NCBI GenBank assembly: GCA_045577475.1
Contig: JAZNIM010000087.1
Coordinates: 1-56,644 of the forward strand
Source: Eubacteriales bacterium
Lineage (GTDB): Bacteria; Bacillota; Clostridia; Oscillospirales; CAG-382
Length of the DNA: 56,644 nt
Direction of reading: 5' to 3'
Every line of letters begins with the position of its first letter. The stretch's first letter is position 1. Shown here piece by piece: positions 53,775 to 56,644 of this stretch. The notes beneath the pieces were generated by a model that was not told the DNA's origin, ran no database searches, and saw only the letters and a list, made by a program, of their open reading frames with translations. The position numbers were made by a program, and so were the translations under genes.

Positions 53775-55027
53775 TGATAATAGACAGCAAAAAATATAAC
53801 GGTAAATGTTCTTGTGGGAATGAACATAAAATGGAAACAGAGTTTTGTATAATTGAAGCCGGTTGTCTTGCAAATGCTGATAAGTATATTAAAAAATGCG
53901 GGCTGAAAGGATTTTCGGTTGCAATATATGATGAAAATACATACGAATCCACCGATGGCATGCATCCGAAAGTGGATGAAGAAATTATTCTACCTTCTGA
54001 AGGGTTACATGCTGATAACCACGGTGTTATGTTAGCAATGGAACAGTTGGCTGAAAGCTGTGATTACCTTATTGCAATAGGTTCAGGAACAATCCATGAT
54101 ATAACACGCTACTGTGCATATGAAAAAGGGATTCCTTTTGTGTCTTGTCCAACTGCCGCAAGCGTTGACGGATTTTGTTCATCTGTTGCCGCGATGACCT
54201 GGGACGGATTTAAAAAGACCTTTCAAGCAGTTGCCCCAAAAATTGTTATAGCAGACCTCGGCATTATATCAAAAGCGCCGATGTTTCTCACAAATTCTGG
54301 CTTTGGAGATATGATTGGAAAATTTATAGCATTGGCAGATTGGAAAATAGCACACATATTGACAAATGAATATTTTTGCGAGACCATATATGATATGACT
54401 ATGAATGCAACGAAAGCTGTTACAGAAAGTGCAAAAGCAATAAAAGATGGCGATATAACTGCCTATGAAAAACTTATATACGGGCTCTTGATGTCAGGAC
54501 TTGCAATGCAGATGCTTGGCAATTCACGCTGTGCTTCGGGTGCAGAACATCACATTTCCCACTTAATAGAAATGCAGCCTGAAGGGTTGGGAATAAAATC
54601 TGATGCATTGCACGGAGAAAAAGTTGGTGTAGGTACATTAATTGCTTGCAGGGAATATCATCAAATTAAAAACAGCAATTTAAAATGGAAAGATTATCGT
54701 AAGGCAGGCAGCGATTATGTTAAAGATATGTTTGGAGAAAAATTAGGTGATGCTATAATTGCAGAAAATTCAAATGACTGCGCTTTGGGTATAACAGCAA
54801 AGCTTATAGAGGAAAAATGGGATAAAATCCGTAGTATAATAGATACTGTTCCCACATACAAAGAGTTAATTGAAAAATACGAAGTGCTTGGAGTAAAATC
54901 TGATCTTGGCGATATTGATGTACAGGAAGAAAAATGCAATTTGCTTTTGGAATATTCACCACTTGTACGCAATAGGCTGACACTTATGAGATTACGCAGA
55001 ACAGTAATTAGGGAGGAAAACAAATGA
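53774..55027 (+). CDS. AraM/EgsA-like sn-glycerol-1-phosphate dehydrogenase (iron-containing alcohol dehydrogenase superfamily)
   Basis: GSGTIHDITRY, PFVSCPTAASVDGF, GFGDMIGK and GAEHHISHLIE motifs fit the G1PDH/glycerol dehydrogenase-like group. Its ATG overlaps the araD stop (TAATG). Confidence 0.65.
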   Translation: MIIDSKKYNGKCSCGNEHKMETEFCIIEAGCLANADKYIKKCGLKGFSVAIYDENTYESTDGMHPKVDEEIILPSEGLHADNHGVMLAMEQLAESCDYLIAIGSGTIHDITRYCAYEKGIPFVSCPTAASVDGFCSSVAAMTWDGFKKTFQAVAPKIVIADLGIISKAPMFLTNSGFGDMIGKFIALADWKIAHILTNEYFCETIYDMTMNATKAVTESAKAIKDGDITAYEKLIYGLLMSGLAMQMLGNSRCASGAEHHISHLIEMQPEGLGIKSDALHGEKVGVGTLIACREYHQIKNSNLKWKDYRKAGSDYVKDMFGEKLGDAIIAENSNDCALGITAKLIEEKWDKIRSIIDTVPTYKELIEKYEVLGVKSDLGDIDVQEEKCNLLLEYSPLVRNRLTLMRLRRTVIREENK

Positions 55028-55812
55028 ATGGTTCAAGAATTATTTTAGCAGCACATCGAGGGGATAGATTTAATTATCCCGAAAATACAATGCCGGCTTT
55101 TGAATCAGCAGTCAGCCTTGGGGTAGATATGATTGAAACAGACGTCAGGATGAGTAAAGATGGAGAACTTGTGTTGATGCACGACAGAAGCGCACTTCGC
55201 ACAACAGGAATAGATAAAAATATTGATGAAATGTCGCTTTTAGAAATCAGGAGCCTTAATGCAGGGTGTACTTTTAAAAATCCTGTTATAGCTAAAATAC
55301 CTACTGTAAGAGAATTTCTTGAGTATATTAAAAATGCCAATATAATGGTAAACTGGGAATTTAAGGTTTATCCGACTGATTTTGATACCGATACTGCATT
55401 TGAAGTTGTGGATAAGCTTGTTAAGCTGATTGATGAATACGATATGGTTGATAGATCTATGATGAATTCATTCAGTGCAAAAGTTCTGGAATATATCTAT
55501 AAGAAGTACAGAAACAAGTTCCCAATTCACGGACAAGGCATATACAAATGCAAACGTTCATGCGACTTGTCCGAAATTGACGAAACCGAGCTTTTTGACT
55601 GGTGTTGTCTCTATCCCAATGAAGTTGGACGCAATCCTATTGAGTTTAAGGAGAATTTTGATTACTGTGCAAAAAACGATATTATTCCTTGCATTTGTAT
55701 TCCGGACAATATTGAGAACTATAAAACAGCAATTGATTACGGGTGCAAAATGTTTACCTCAAATAACATCGCTGAGGCAGCTCGAATTTTATCAGAACTC
55801 AAAGTGAGATAA
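55024..55812 (+). CDS. glycerophosphodiester phosphodiesterase (GDPD) family protein
   Basis: AAHRGDRFNYPENTMPAFESAV...IETDVRMSKDGELVLMHD is the GDPD catalytic signature. Its ATG overlaps the upstream stop (ATGA). Confidence 0.85.
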   Translation: MNGSRIILAAHRGDRFNYPENTMPAFESAVSLGVDMIETDVRMSKDGELVLMHDRSALRTTGIDKNIDEMSLLEIRSLNAGCTFKNPVIAKIPTVREFLEYIKNANIMVNWEFKVYPTDFDTDTAFEVVDKLVKLIDEYDMVDRSMMNSFSAKVLEYIYKKYRNKFPIHGQGIYKCKRSCDLSEIDETELFDWCCLYPNEVGRNPIEFKENFDYCAKNDIIPCICIPDNIENYKTAIDYGCKMFTSNNIAEAARILSELKVR

Positions 55813-55924
55813 GTATCTTTTTATGTCCGGTACTTTAATTAACAAGCAGGGAAAATGTATACCATTTTCCAAAACATTTAGGATATCCTAAGACCTTAAA
55901 CGGTACGATGTAGCATCGTACCTA

Positions 55925-55966
55925 CAAAAAAGGCAGAAACAAAATCAATTGTTTCTGCCTTTTTTA
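55925..55966. terminator. bidirectional terminator
   Basis: aaaaaa-aggcagaaac-loop-gtttctgcct-ttttt. Confidence 0.85.
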
Positions 55967-56009
55967 AATACTGTCCTTCAGGACACTTCGCATAAGGCGG
56001 TTCTTCTTT

Positions 56010-56644
56010 TTAGCACATTCCAAACTTATTGTAATAGTATATCGGCATAGCACTCCAGCCGTGGCACAGACTTCCTGCTTTACTGAAGTCATCAGCACCG
56101 TTTATGGTTTCCCAGAAGCTGGTTGCACCCTTGTCAAGCATATAGCCATACTTTTCACGGATGTCCGAAAGCACAAACTCCTTGTTGCCGTCAAAGTCCT
56201 TTTCAAGCAGTGCATCGTATACGTATCCCAGCATTGAAAGGGTTGCGGGAACAAGCTCTTTGTTGTTCTTAACTGCATCAACAGTTCTTTCGTCACCCAC
56301 ACCTGCAAGCAGTGCAAAAGCGTTGCAAAGCTGTGAGTAAAGCTTTCTGTCGACAAATGAAGTTCCGAAAAGCCCCGTTTCTTCATCAAAGAAGCCTGAC
56401 ACAATTCCTTTTCTTACCTCGTCAAATTTTATTCCGCCTTCAGTGCCATACATTTCGCAGAGCTTGTCGTAACGGCTTCCGGCATATATATACGCACAGT
56501 TGAGAATGATGTGAGTGTTCTTTGTAAAACCTTTGATCGTTGTGAAATTTCCTTCAGACCATTCAAAGAAGTTCCAATAAGGGTTGGGAAGATTTTCAAT
56601 AAGTCCGTTTTCGCCTATTCTTTGTGTGAAATTGTCCATAATCT
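56010..56644 (-). CDS. (alpha/alpha)6-barrel glycoside hydrolase, GH78 alpha-L-rhamnosidase-like, C-terminal part only (runs off the window)
   Basis: GATSFWE...SLCHGWSAMP is the C-terminal six-hairpin glycosidase motif. The reading frame stays open to the window edge. Confidence 0.5.
   Translation of the reverse strand, partial: IMDNFTQRIGENGLIENLPNPYWNFFEWSEGNFTTIKGFTKNTHIILNCAYIYAGSRYDKLCEMYGTEGGIKFDEVRKGIVSGFFDEETGLFGTSFVDRKLYSQLCNAFALLAGVGDERTVDAVKNNKELVPATLSMLGYVYDALLEKDFDGNKEFVLSDIREKYGYMLDKGATSFWETINGADDFSKAGSLCHGWSAMPIYYYNKFGMC

Noticed and set aside
1-56644. Mobile elements, prophage, defence islands, toxin-antitoxin pairs, rRNA and tRNA genes.
   Set aside because: I recognised no integrase, transposase, recombinase, phage structural, restriction-modification, Cas or abortive-infection signatures in any frame. 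I saw no tRNA cloverleaf or rRNA-like conserved blocks. The only hint of horizontal origin is the lower-GC block at 52152-55966.

Overview
56.6-kb chromosomal segment that reads like a mid-GC Firmicutes/Clostridia anaerobe. Supporting signs are GGAGG-type Shine-Dalgarno sites, many TTGACA-17-TATAAT promoters, a T-box leader, IorAB and a spore-surface-type protein. I call about 48 protein genes. I found no rRNA, tRNA, CRISPR array, transposase, integrase or phage genes.

Most content is housekeeping: iorAB, livJHMGF, aspartate kinase, malic enzyme, aroK-folD-lgt, an M16 peptidase pair, tpiA-pgk, birA, asnA, fba and a two-component system. It is interleaved with glycan-related and accessory genes: a GHL6-like hydrolase, a BNR/sialidase-like protein, a DUF5054-like protein, a GH78-like fragment and a secreted GLUG-repeat protein.

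The parts I consider most worth a second look:
1. A 266-aa protein (24596-25396) with an extremely Cys/Asn-rich GCN-repeat N-terminal half fused to a BclA-C-terminal-like (TNF/C1q-like) domain. It is a candidate atypical exosporium or spore-surface protein.
2. A tightly coupled trio (DivIVA-like, orphan Fe-S hydro-lyase beta subunit, PqqD-like RRE protein) sitting just upstream of a roughly 1600-aa cyclic-beta-1,2-glucan-synthase-like GT84 protein that lacks the GH94 domain.
3. A Tyr-specifier T-box leader controlling a sodium:solute symporter.
4. A lower-GC, terminator-bounded DeoR-araD-G1P dehydrogenase-GDPD operon.
5. A family of mosaic hairpin repeats packed into the 3' intergenic regions. 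It includes an element of about 100 bp present in inverted orientation at two loci.

All functional calls come from motif recognition by eye. No database search was run.
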